Shown: positions 21,071 through 30,183, numbered from the stretch's first letter. The stretch is DNA of 52,022 bases from a bacterium (GCA_046759165.1 JBHIBS010000010.1:1-52022), one strand, 5' to 3'. Notes: generated by a model from the sequence alone, not told the origin. Numbers and translations: made by a program.

Positions 21071-21478
21071 TTATTCTCTTATTATTTTTAATTCGTCTTC
21101 GCTAATTTTCCCTTCCTCTATTCTGAAGGATTTCACCTGTGATACTTCTCTATTGATTAAAGATACAATCAAATAGGAAACCTCTGGATAAAAAGCTAAT
21201 TCCAAATCTTTCCCTGATGGATGAGCGGGAACATTAATATGAGAATGATAGATAGCTAACATCTCCATTCCCAACTCTCTAATCTCCTTGAAAACTTTTA
21301 GCTGTTCAGTAGGTTCCATAAAATAACACGTAACCGGGGCCTCAGAGACATTCCTCATCTGGTAGACTTTCTCTATTCTTCCTTCTCTCCCCGCAAGTAT
21401 TCCACATGCTTCATGTGGATACTCTTTTTTACTGTGTTCTATTATCTGATTAAGCAAATTTTCAGTTAAAGAAATCAT
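21071..21478 (-). CDS. JAMM/MPN+ (M67) metalloprotease, Mec/HcyD-like
   Basis: PHEACG and YHSH..PAHPS..D JAMM motif; ATG 21478 overlaps upstream TGA (ATGA). Confidence 0.9.
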   Translation of the reverse strand: MISLTENLLNQIIEHSKKEYPHEACGILAGREGRIEKVYQMRNVSEAPVTCYFMEPTEQLKVFKEIRELGMEMLAIYHSHINVPAHPSGKDLELAFYPEVSYLIVSLINREVSQVKSFRIEEGKISEDELKIIRE

Positions 21479-22437
21479 CCGAATATAGTAAGTAATAAGA
21501 AAGATAGAGACATGGCTATTAAGGGACTGATTAGCCATACCATTAAAGTTTTTTTCGCTATGGAACGTCTTATAGTATAGTTATGACCATTCTTCAAACT
21601 AGAAATTCCAAATAGAGCAGCGATCTTCAAATGGACAAATGACTGAGGCACACCTAATGCTGAAGCAATAATCATCAGCGTGCCGGTAACGAAACAGACC
21701 AACACAGCAGTGAATACACCTAAGGGGACAATTTCTTTGCCTGCAGCTTCAATGGGTTTTCTGAAAACAGCCCCTCCTATTCCAAATAGAGGTGCGATTA
21801 GAAGTAGTCCCCACATTTGGTCCAAAATCTTTGCCCCCGCCAAAGGACCAACAGCATTGGCCACGTTATTCGTGCCTACAGCAAAAGCGCTATAGCAACT
21901 ACTTAATATAACAAAGATTTTTAGCCGTTTCTGGTGACTAAAAATCTTTTCATATAACCTGAAGTTTTTATCTCGCGGCGGATAAAAAAATTTGCCTAAG
22001 TAGAGCGTTAAAGTATAAGCAATGACTGGCAGAATTATCCACATAGGAATCAGAAACGCAAATGTACGGCCTAAAAGCTTACCGAAATGCAAACCAGCTC
22101 CTACGATTGCTCCTACCGTTACCAAACTCGTGGATTGGGGAACTTTTAATAAGTTAGCCAGAAACAGGCTGGAAGTGGCCGAGAAAAGTATGATTAAACA
22201 GACATTAAAATCTATAAGTTCTTCGAGGATGATTCCTTTACTTAATGTCTTACTCACAAATTTACCTAAAAGAAGTGCTCCCAGAATAACAAATATTCCA
22301 AATAATAGTATAGCCCTTTTTCTTTTAATTATATTGCTTCCATAAGCGCCTCCGAAGGCAGCGGCAATGTTAGCCCCTCCCATATTCAGAGCAAAAAATA
22401 TTACTATGGCTATTAACAGTACAACTTTAATGAGCAT
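21475..22437 (-). CDS. PiT-family anion permease, probable sulfate permease (CysP-like)
   Basis: NMGGANIA and GTNNVANAVGP repeats, about 10 TM helices, directly downstream of sat; alternative start 22455. Confidence 0.8.
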   Translation of the reverse strand: MLIKVVLLIAIVIFFALNMGGANIAAAFGGAYGSNIIKRKRAILLFGIFVILGALLLGKFVSKTLSKGIILEELIDFNVCLIILFSATSSLFLANLLKVPQSTSLVTVGAIVGAGLHFGKLLGRTFAFLIPMWIILPVIAYTLTLYLGKFFYPPRDKNFRLYEKIFSHQKRLKIFVILSSCYSAFAVGTNNVANAVGPLAGAKILDQMWGLLLIAPLFGIGGAVFRKPIEAAGKEIVPLGVFTAVLVCFVTGTLMIIASALGVPQSFVHLKIAALFGISSLKNGHNYTIRRSIAKKTLMVWLISPLIAMSLSFLLLTIFG

Positions 22438-23596
22438 TCTTTCGCCACCATTCAATCAAAATATTAGCTACTTCCGGACGAGTAAATTCTCTTGGAGGTA
22501 TCTCGCCTGCCCTCAATAGTTCTCTTACCTGGGTGCCACTTAAGGAAAAATGTTCACTTTCTGGGTGGGGACAGGTTCTATAAGAGACCATTCCTTGACA
22601 TTTTCTGCAATAAAAGGTTACACCAAAAAAAAGTGGCGTTATCCCTATTTCTTCAAAGGAAAATTCATCGAAAATATCTTGGGCAGCAAAAGGTTTATAA
22701 TAATTTCCTACCCCGGCGTGGTCTCTTCCCACGATAAAATGCGTGCAGCCATAATTTTTTCTTACTATGGCATGAAAGATTGCTTCCCGAGGTCCGGCAT
22801 ACCTCATGGCTGCTGGATTAACTGCAAGAACAACCCGATCTTTAGGATAATATTTCTCCAACAACACCTCGTAACATTTCATTCGAACTTCAACGGGAAT
22901 GTCGTCTTTTTTGGTCTCCCCCACTATGGGATGAAGGAGGAGACCATCGACTATCTCCAAGGCACATTTCTGGATATATTCATGGGCTCGATGAATGGGA
23001 TTCCTCGTCTGGAATCCTACAATCCTTCTCCAGCCTCTTTCTCGAAATATTCTTCGCGTATCCACAGGGTCAAGACGATACTTGGGCCAACTATCGTGTT
23101 TGGGACGTTGAATCATGGTAATCTTACCGGAAAGGAGAACTTCTCCTTTTTGGTAAACAGCCTTCACTCCTGGGTGAGCTTCTTCCTCTGTTCCGTAGAC
23201 CGATTCCGCCTCTCTCTTCTTATCATACCTATATTTCTCTGTAAGGTGAAAGATAGCTAAAATATTATTGCTCTCATCTAATAAACTAACATCTTCTCCC
23301 TCTCTTAGCACCTCAGCCTCTTCCTTGGTCACCGCCAGAGTTATGGGAATAGTCCATGGCAACCCGGAGACCAATCTCATATTGTTTATCACGCTCTCAT
23401 AATCTTCTTTGCTCATAAATCCTTCCAGGGGACTAAATCCACCGATGGCAATTAGCTCCAGGTCAGAGACTTCTCTCTCAGTAAGGTAGATTTTCTTCAA
23501 TGCTTGGGCCTTCCTGAAATAGTCTTCTCTTTTTTTCTCTTCTACCATTCTATTTATGAGCACCCCTCCATGGGGAGCGACTTCTGTATCTGCCAT
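22427..23596 (-). CDS. sat: Sulfate adenylyltransferase
   Basis: PHGG, GGFSPLEGFM, FQTRNPIHRAHE, MRYAGPREA, VGRDHAG, SGTQVRE; ATG 23596 has GAGGTG RBS. Confidence 0.96.
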   Translation of the reverse strand: MADTEVAPHGGVLINRMVEEKKREDYFRKAQALKKIYLTEREVSDLELIAIGGFSPLEGFMSKEDYESVINNMRLVSGLPWTIPITLAVTKEEAEVLREGEDVSLLDESNNILAIFHLTEKYRYDKKREAESVYGTEEEAHPGVKAVYQKGEVLLSGKITMIQRPKHDSWPKYRLDPVDTRRIFRERGWRRIVGFQTRNPIHRAHEYIQKCALEIVDGLLLHPIVGETKKDDIPVEVRMKCYEVLLEKYYPKDRVVLAVNPAAMRYAGPREAIFHAIVRKNYGCTHFIVGRDHAGVGNYYKPFAAQDIFDEFSFEEIGITPLFFGVTFYCRKCQGMVSYRTCPHPESEHFSLSGTQVRELLRAGEIPPREFTRPEVANILIEWWRKNAH

Positions 23597-23635
23597 TTTA
23601 AGCACCTCTTTGAATTGTAAACTAAAGTTAAATTT

Positions 23636-24364
23636 TTATTTACTTTTCTTGGGGTGTAAACCGCACTCTTTTTGTTCCGGCTTCTCCCACCACCAACGTC
23701 CAGCCCTTATATTCTCTCCCGGCTTAATAGCTCTGGTACAGGGAGCACAACCCATGCTGGGGTAATTCTGGTCGTGTAAGGCATTATAAGGGACACACTT
23801 AGCCCTAATATAGTCCCACACCTGTCTTTCACTCCAATCAGCCAGTGGATTTACTTTGATAATCGCCCCATGTGCTTCATCGAGCTCGACTTTCTTAATC
23901 TGGGTCCGGGTTATTGATTGCTCTCTGCGCAAACCAGAAATCCAGGCAGAGAGCTTTGATAAGGCTCTGTTTAAAGGCTCTATCTTTCTCACTTTACAGC
24001 ATAACTGTCGAAGGTCGATACTCCTATAGAAAAGATTGGGACCATGCTCGGCTACCATTTTTTCCAGCGCGCCAGCATCAGGACAGTAGACTTCAAACCT
24101 TACTCCGTATTTCTGTTTAATCTTTTCCATTACATCATATGTTTCCTGAGGAAGTCTTCCCGTATCTAAAGTAAAAATACGAGCTTGGGGGTCGATTTTC
24201 ACCATCATATCAATCAACACTACATCTTCCGCCCCAAAACTTGATGCCAAGGCTATCTTTTCTTTGTATTTGCCCAACGCCCACTGCAAAACTTCCTCAG
24301 CACTTTTATTCTCCAGTTCTTTCGCTATTTTCTCTAATTCCGCTTCTATCCTCTCCTTTTCCAT
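23636..24364 (-). CDS. cysH: Assimilatory APS reductase (Fe-S type CysH)
   Basis: SSFGAED, LDTG, LCCKVRK and SMGCAPCT cluster ligands, RAGRW, C-terminal ECGLH; ATG 24364 has GAGGAGG RBS. Confidence 0.92.
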   Translation of the reverse strand: MEKERIEAELEKIAKELENKSAEEVLQWALGKYKEKIALASSFGAEDVVLIDMMVKIDPQARIFTLDTGRLPQETYDVMEKIKQKYGVRFEVYCPDAGALEKMVAEHGPNLFYRSIDLRQLCCKVRKIEPLNRALSKLSAWISGLRREQSITRTQIKKVELDEAHGAIIKVNPLADWSERQVWDYIRAKCVPYNALHDQNYPSMGCAPCTRAIKPGENIRAGRWWWEKPEQKECGLHPKKSK

Positions 24365-24455
24365 TCTGAGATCCTCCTCTGAAATTTTTTTCATTCCTCC
24401 AAAGCAGCCGGGCAATTAATCACTGTCTCCAAACACAGTCTTCAGGACTTCCAAA

Positions 24456-24899
24456 TTAGATATAGTACATACTTCCCTTCATTTTCTGGGTTATGTTGCA
24501 AATATCTTCAAATGATACATGGTCAATGACTCCAGCCATCGCCTCCTGGACTTCTTTCCAGATTAACTTGAACCCACAGGAGGCCTCTTTAGAACACCGC
24601 TCCCGCGGAGCATCCTCCAGGCAGACTAGCGCCACCAATGGGCCCTCGATGACTCTTATAACCTCACCCAACATTATCCGGCTGGGAGGCTGAGTTAAAA
24701 AATAGCCCCCTTCGCGACCTTTCCTGCTTCCCACCAATCCAGCCTGCCGAAGTTGGGACAATATTTGGACAAGGAATTTTCTAGGGATTTTCTGCCTCTC
24801 TGCAATTATACGAATGGGCACAGGCCTGTTTCTTCGATACCGAAAGGCCAATTCTAATAGAGCCATACAGGCATATTCTCCCTTTGCTGAAATCTTCAT
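24456..24899 (-). CDS. Rrf2-family regulator, CymR-like
   Basis: MKISAKGEYA, GSRKGREGGY, three Cys, C-terminal MYYI; heads sulfate assimilation operon. Confidence 0.88.
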   Translation of the reverse strand: MKISAKGEYACMALLELAFRYRRNRPVPIRIIAERQKIPRKFLVQILSQLRQAGLVGSRKGREGGYFLTQPPSRIMLGEVIRVIEGPLVALVCLEDAPRERCSKEASCGFKLIWKEVQEAMAGVIDHVSFEDICNITQKMKGSMYYI

Positions 24900-24914
24900 G
24901 GTTTTAACCCTAAA

Positions 24915-24972
24915 TAAAAGACTACTATGTTAATCAATTTACTATTATATAATAATAAAAAAATTTTGTCAA
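24915..24972 (-). promoter_or_regulatory. Consensus sigma70 promoter plus downstream imperfect palindrome (candidate Rrf2 operator)
   Basis: Minus strand TTGACA (24967-24972)-N17-TATAAT (24944-24949); taaaagacta-N6-taatcaattta at about 24915-24941. Confidence 0.75.
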
Positions 24973-25005
24973 GTGTTTTTTACTGTAAGGCGAACAACTT
25001 TGATT

Positions 25006-25644
25006 TCAATCAGTCTCCTCTTTCTCCCATCCACAGGCTTCTCCTTCGGTTTCCTTCTTAAGGAATAATTCCTCATAAAGGACAATCACCTTCTTTACTG
25101 CAAAACAGGTGGCATCTGACGATATAGTCGCTCCACTGATGGCACGAATATCCTTACGCACTTTTATACTATCCTCACTGCTTTTACCAACGAACTGCTT
25201 CAGGAAATTACGCCGGGCAATAGGGCGTCCCCTTTTTTCCTTATATGACATCACTGCTAAGTTCTTAACTTTTGCTGTAGCAGTATCCAGAGCAATGATG
25301 AATTTCACTGGACCCCATTTGCCGGGTTGTTCTTCAATCACTGCCACTCCAGTTTTCTGATTATCTTTTAGACCAAAATAAAATGTATATTTGACCTTTT
25401 CTTCCACTTCTTCTGACTTTGAACCTTTTTGATAATGAACCAAACTTCCACCCAACCTCTCCTTAATTCTTGCTGTTTCTGTAGAAGTCAGTACTCGGGT
25501 CTCAGTCACTATTTCCTCCGCTTCAGGGAACATTTTTTCTAACGCTTGTTCCTGAGTGAGCAATTGTACTGCAAGGCAATTTTTAGAAAACACAACAATA
25601 CTAAGAACTAATAATACTCCTATTGCAACCTTTCTAATAATCAT
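25006..25644 (-). CDS. Exported FMN-binding protein (flavinylation target)
   Basis: Signal peptide, AISGATISS flavinylation motif, adjacent to apbE. Confidence 0.85.
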   Translation of the reverse strand: MIIRKVAIGVLLVLSIVVFSKNCLAVQLLTQEQALEKMFPEAEEIVTETRVLTSTETARIKERLGGSLVHYQKGSKSEEVEEKVKYTFYFGLKDNQKTGVAVIEEQPGKWGPVKFIIALDTATAKVKNLAVMSYKEKRGRPIARRNFLKQFVGKSSEDSIKVRKDIRAISGATISSDATCFAVKKVIVLYEELFLKKETEGEACGWEKEETD

Positions 25645-26660
25645 TTCTTGCCCCCTTTGCTAATAATCTCAAGGTTTTCTTTCAACCCTGAAGAATATAA
25701 AATCTCTCCCTCGGTGGTAACCATTAATGTTTCCGTATCTGGTGTTTTTTCTACAAGTTCCAGTCCTTTCTCTTTTCCCATCACGAAAAGTGCTGTTGAC
25801 CAGGCATCAGCAAACACAGGGTCAGGAGAGATTACAGTAACACTGGTTAATCCTCTTGCCGGATAGCCAGTTTTTGGGTTAAGTATGTGATGGTATTTTA
25901 CGCCGTCTTTTTCAAAAAATCTCTCATAGTCACCAGAAGTAACCACAGCCAAATCCGATACTTCAATAACACCAATAACTCCTTCGCCCCGGGGATTCCG
26001 AATACCCACTTTCCAATCTTTCCCTTTTAACTTCCCCAAAGCATAAATATCACCTCCGGCATCAACTAATGCTGATTTTATTCCTTCTTCTTTTAGGACC
26101 TTTATTGCTTCACTTACAGCGTATCCTTTGGCGATTCCTCCTAAATCAATTTTAATATCTTCTTTGAGTTTTGTAAGTTTACCATTTTTAATAAATAGTT
26201 TTTTATATCCAATCTTCTTTAAATACTCGCTGATTTTCTGCTTCCCCGGTAGAGCAGGAGAATCACCATAGAATCCCCAAAGTGTTATTAGAGGATAAAT
26301 TGTAATATCAAAGGCACCAATGCTTTCCTTACTAACCTGTTGTGCTATTTTCAATAAATCAAGTATTTCCTGATCGGTGGTAGGTATATTTTTATTATTG
26401 AATTCGTAGAGCGGACTATTTGGATCTAGCACATTGAATTTTTTGTCAATTTCCTCCATTCTATCAAGAGCCAAACTGATAGCCCTGTTAACCACTTTCT
26501 TCGGTCCCACAGCTTGTATAGTGCAGTAGGTGTCCATAAGAAAGCGGGTTTGTTTCTGTATCTTTTCTTCAGTTACTATAAATGACCGCCCTGCAAGAAA
26601 AAATATCACTGCCAAAATTATAACTAACCCACCAATGGAGAGCAATTTCTTTTTTTGCAT
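25641..26660 (-). CDS. apbE: FAD:protein FMN transferase (ApbE/FmnB)
   Basis: N-terminal anchor, LMDT, AFDITI, DLGGIAKGYA, AGGDI, TSGDYER, HHILNPKTG, ADAWSTA. Confidence 0.95.
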   Translation of the reverse strand: MQKKKLLSIGGLVIILAVIFFLAGRSFIVTEEKIQKQTRFLMDTYCTIQAVGPKKVVNRAISLALDRMEEIDKKFNVLDPNSPLYEFNNKNIPTTDQEILDLLKIAQQVSKESIGAFDITIYPLITLWGFYGDSPALPGKQKISEYLKKIGYKKLFIKNGKLTKLKEDIKIDLGGIAKGYAVSEAIKVLKEEGIKSALVDAGGDIYALGKLKGKDWKVGIRNPRGEGVIGVIEVSDLAVVTSGDYERFFEKDGVKYHHILNPKTGYPARGLTSVTVISPDPVFADAWSTALFVMGKEKGLELVEKTPDTETLMVTTEGEILYSSGLKENLEIISKGGKK

Positions 26661-26886
26661 TTATAAAATCCTCCCTTGAAGGCGAAAGGGGCCTTCGTTT
26701 CCGTAGTGAGATTTGTCTCACTTTTTTACAGAGACCTCTCCTTCTCAATTACTGTCCGCCAATGTGGCTGCCAAAGCGGAGAAGTGAAGGCTATCACACC
26801 AGACAGAAGTCTCCCTGGGCGCTAAACGCTAAATTTTTGTCCCTGGCGCCTCACGAATAGCTTCAGTGTAGTGATTCTGTCTATAA

Positions 26887-27978
26887 TTAGAAAGTAGTTC
26901 TCCAGCCCACGGTTAGCCGGTTGAAGTCTAACTTGTTACTCCCATCCTTTCTTTTCCAGTCGGCAATATCGTACTGAATCAGAATAATGGAACTACTGGA
27001 AGCATAGAGCTGTAAACCTGGGGTGACGGTTATATACTTCTCGCCTCCAGGTGCAGTGTAAAAGAAACCATTGAAGTTATGGTCAGCCACATTGTAGTGC
27101 AACATTGCTCTACCCCAAGGGGCAAAACGGTAAAATACCTTAGCATAGAAGCCAAAAGGTTTGGCATCTCCTGTACCAGCAATACTATTCTTCCATATAC
27201 CACCAGCATATTCACTTCTAATGGAAAGTTCTTTCCATGTATAGGCTGCACCTACTGCCCAGCGAGTCATATTATATTTGTTGTTATCATCCCATTTCCC
27301 TGTAGCAAGTGAAGCCAGGAACTTAACCGCACCGACTTCAGGTTCGGCGTGGAGCATTACCACGGGCCCCTTATTGTTATCAGAAAACTCGTATCCTCCA
27401 TTCAGGAGATACAGGTACGCTGGGAGGGAGACCTCGCCTAATTCAAAGGACTTATAGACTTCAATCCCGGTATCGTGCATTGCTCCCAGATAGTTGTTGC
27501 AGGCAAATTTACTGCCATTGTATTCGTCTTCCCAGAAGAGTTCTGCACCGTAGTCCCAGGTGAAGCGGGGCTTCACAATCCCAGCAGCTATCTCATACCC
27601 TTGCGGTAAAACTGCCTTAACGACAGCCTTTACCCAGCCGTGGAATTCTCCTTCCACATCCTTGGCTGCTGTTTTCTGTTCTCCAATCTCTTTCCCAAAT
27701 TTAGGTGTTGCTCCACTACTGGCAGACCACATAGGCTGAAGGTCAACAGAGATCTTTTCCGTCAGTTCCTGAGAGACATAGAGAATCATTTCTCTGAAAC
27801 CTATTCCAGTGTAATCGTTACCAGAGACACCATCGCTTTTACCAACACTGCCGTCAAAAAGAGTAAGTTTAATATGGCTACCTACTCTTGTTTCTCCTGC
27901 CTGTAACAGGGAAACTGACCCAAAAATCAAACAGCCAATTACTAAAAGCATTAGACATTTCTTTGTCATTTTTGTCAT
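26887..27978 (-). CDS. Probable outer-membrane beta-barrel (porin-like) protein
   Basis: Signal peptide ending LQA, alternating aromatic beta-strand pattern, C-terminal LTVGWRTTF; start 27978 or 27969. Confidence 0.7.
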   Translation of the reverse strand: MTKMTKKCLMLLVIGCLIFGSVSLLQAGETRVGSHIKLTLFDGSVGKSDGVSGNDYTGIGFREMILYVSQELTEKISVDLQPMWSASSGATPKFGKEIGEQKTAAKDVEGEFHGWVKAVVKAVLPQGYEIAAGIVKPRFTWDYGAELFWEDEYNGSKFACNNYLGAMHDTGIEVYKSFELGEVSLPAYLYLLNGGYEFSDNNKGPVVMLHAEPEVGAVKFLASLATGKWDDNNKYNMTRWAVGAAYTWKELSIRSEYAGGIWKNSIAGTGDAKPFGFYAKVFYRFAPWGRAMLHYNVADHNFNGFFYTAPGGEKYITVTPGLQLYASSSSIILIQYDIADWKRKDGSNKLDFNRLTVGWRTTF

Positions 27979-28113
27979 TTCACCCCTTTTTATTTGATTT
28001 ATTGCCCCTTCTATCGGGACATAATTTGTCTTTATCGTCGCCAAATGTAAAGAAAGACCAACTTAAAAAGTTCCCACCTCCTTTCTAGCGATAAGTTGAA
28101 CCAATAATTTTTA

Positions 28114-28134
28114 ACGCAGACCAAGGTCTGCTAC
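28114..28134. repeat. Single GTAG-type REP-like palindrome
   Basis: acgcagaccaaggtctgctac, identical to 30820-30840; its CTA is the stop codon of the 28131 gene. Confidence 0.7.
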
Positions 28135-28589
28135 CTCGTTGCTTTTCTTAACCATATGTCGTACAGGTTAAGAACAAAGAGCGATAAAAAAGTTAAAGCC
28201 AAAAAAGTGCCAGCAAGCCACAAAACATAGGCGAATCCTCTCCATAAATAAGGTATTAGGTACATTGAACCAATATCAGCCACAATTACAAGAAAAGGGA
28301 AGATTGCAAAAAATCTTTTCAGTTTTTCAGGATACGAGGTGAACATAAACATAATAATCGGTAAAGCAAAAAGATAAACCGAATAGTAAGGCAGATATTT
28401 GTGTGCATGATCAGTCAGTTCAATGTATTCCATTCCTCCATAAGCCTCAGCGACCAGAGATGGTTTCATCTGGGTATCTATCCAGATATGTACGAGTAGA
28501 GTAATGTAGATTAGCCCTATTGTGCAAAGTAATGCTGTTACCAGTAACTTAGCACTAGTCGGTGCATTTGAAAGCCTAAAATTATCCAT
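28131..28589 (-). CDS. Uncharacterised 4-TM membrane protein with His residues (possible heme/quinone-linked redox protein)
   Basis: GGAGG RBS, four hydrophobic segments, VHIW and DHAHKY; function inferred only from context. Confidence 0.6.
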   Translation of the reverse strand: MDNFRLSNAPTSAKLLVTALLCTIGLIYITLLVHIWIDTQMKPSLVAEAYGGMEYIELTDHAHKYLPYYSVYLFALPIIMFMFTSYPEKLKRFFAIFPFLVIVADIGSMYLIPYLWRGFAYVLWLAGTFLALTFLSLFVLNLYDIWLRKATR

Positions 28590-28630
28590 AGCTTTTTCCC
28601 TCCTCTTTTAATTGTGAATTTCGGATTACA

Positions 28631-28727
28631 GATTCGACCCTCCGGGCTATTGCTAGTCCCGATGAATCGTGGCTTCGGTTGTGGAGTTTATCCCACACAT
28701 TTAATGTGCGGGGCTCCCTGGCAATGA
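28631..28727. repeat. Intergenic palindromic mosaic (REP-like)
   Basis: cccgatgaatcg (as in 34382/36316 elements), cccacacatttaatgtgcggg hairpin, gcaatga tail. Confidence 0.4.
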
Positions 28728-28749
28728 TATTTCAATTCCCAATTTGTAA

Positions 28750-28932
28750 TCATTTGTCCCTATCTTTCATTATTTTTCCAGCAATTAATAATGTGGGAAT
28801 CCAGAGCCCAATAAAGATTCCAAACCTTTCAGCATATGCCGGGTCTATTCTCTTATAATAAAACCAGATAACATAAACCAAAAGCAGTGAAATACCTGCA
28901 CCAATGTACAACCAAGTTGAAATTTTCTTCAT
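28750..28932 (-). CDS. Small two-TM hypothetical membrane protein
   Basis: ATG 28932 with AGGGGG RBS; two hydrophobic helices, AERFGIFIGLWIPT. Confidence 0.6.
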   Translation of the reverse strand: MKKISTWLYIGAGISLLLVYVIWFYYKRIDPAYAERFGIFIGLWIPTLLIAGKIMKDRDK

Positions 28933-28986
28933 AATAACCCCCCTTTGCTCTATATCGTTCATAGTTTTACACTCCTGCCGCAACCA

Positions 28987-30183
28987 TTATATCTCCTCTG
29001 TGCTTTCGTCCGTTTGCTGATATAGTTTAACAATCAAACCACTTAAAGCAGGAATCAGTTTTTTCATGGATTTCCCATTAAGTTTCTGGTTTTGTATAAA
29101 AGAACGAGTCCTTTCCCAAAAAACAGGAATAGATAACCAGGATGATGTTACTATTGCTCCTATTCTATCTCCCGATATACCGAATAATTTCAAAGGTGAC
29201 AGAATTCTTTTTAAACCTGCTGCCAGGTCATCAGGAGAAGTGGTTCTAATCAGCAAAGAAGCGCTCAACATCAAAAGGACAAGTCGAAAAACAAACATGC
29301 TTCCCATAGATAGTCCTCCCTGAGTAATTTTCAAGAAGCCCAAATTTGATAAAATTTCTCCGTTTCTATTAAAGAAAACAGGTATGGCGAAAGAAAAAAA
29401 CAAGAATGAAGATAACTTTCTAATCCCGGAAAACAAATGAGAAAAAGAAATTTTTGCCAAATAAGCGACGCAAAACAAGAAAAATAACACTACAGTATAA
29501 CTTAAAAAGTTGTCCAAGAATAAAACTATCAATGCCAAAATAAATACAGATATTATTTTTAGGGCGGGGGATAACAAATGGATGCGTGAATTCAGATGAA
29601 TATAGTGTTGGGGCATAAAAGAAGAAACACCGGTAGTTTTGTTTTCTTTTAGAGACACTCCGATACAGGAATTTTCTAATTTCTGGCATACCTGCGAAGC
29701 AACTAATCCGGTAATCCAACCCATTATAACAGCACTGATTCCCAGCCAGGGCAAAAGTAAAAAAATTCCTTGATGTCTGATTAGCAAGAGATAAACCAAA
29801 CTAATTTGAACTAAGTTATGCGTAATTGCGCCAAGTAGACTTATGCCAATAAGGCTGAAATATAGTTTATGGTTTAAAGTCGATAGTTTATAGAAAAGGC
29901 CCATAATTAAAGTACTTATCAAAGCGCCTGTGAAACTCAAAATGAAAGAAGGAGAAAGAAAAGTCCCTAAAATGAAGGAACTGATTATAGTGCGTAAGAC
30001 CGCTATCTCCACCGCAGCCCTAAAACCGAGAGTAACCAGAGCTACTAAAGTAATCATATTAGCCAAACCCAAGCGAACACCGGGAACAGGATGAGGGATA
30101 AGACTCTCGGCAATCTGTAAAACAGCAGCACAAGAAACCAAAAGTGCTATTTTTTTAATTTGTTTATCTTTTTCTACTTCCAT
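28987..30183 (-). CDS. Gx transporter (heptaprenyl diphosphate synthase component I-like) fused to ECF transporter T (CbiQ/EcfT-like) domain
   Basis: ESLIPHPVPGVRLGLANMITL, GAITHNLVQ in N-half; SRIHLLSPALK and LLIRTTSPDDLAAGLKRILSPL in C-half. Confidence 0.8.
   Translation of the reverse strand: MEVEKDKQIKKIALLVSCAAVLQIAESLIPHPVPGVRLGLANMITLVALVTLGFRAAVEIAVLRTIISSFILGTFLSPSFILSFTGALISTLIMGLFYKLSTLNHKLYFSLIGISLLGAITHNLVQISLVYLLLIRHQGIFLLLPWLGISAVIMGWITGLVASQVCQKLENSCIGVSLKENKTTGVSSFMPQHYIHLNSRIHLLSPALKIISVFILALIVLFLDNFLSYTVVLFFLFCVAYLAKISFSHLFSGIRKLSSFLFFSFAIPVFFNRNGEILSNLGFLKITQGGLSMGSMFVFRLVLLMLSASLLIRTTSPDDLAAGLKRILSPLKLFGISGDRIGAIVTSSWLSIPVFWERTRSFIQNQKLNGKSMKKLIPALSGLIVKLYQQTDESTEEI

Noticed and set aside
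13043-24364. Dissimilatory sulfate reduction
   Set aside because: APS reductase is CysH type, there is no aprAB, qmo or dsrAB, and the operon includes a cysteine synthase, so it is assimilatory.
26661-26886. FMN riboswitch upstream of apbE
   Set aside because: The conserved RFN sequence blocks are not present; kept only as an unclassified structured leader.
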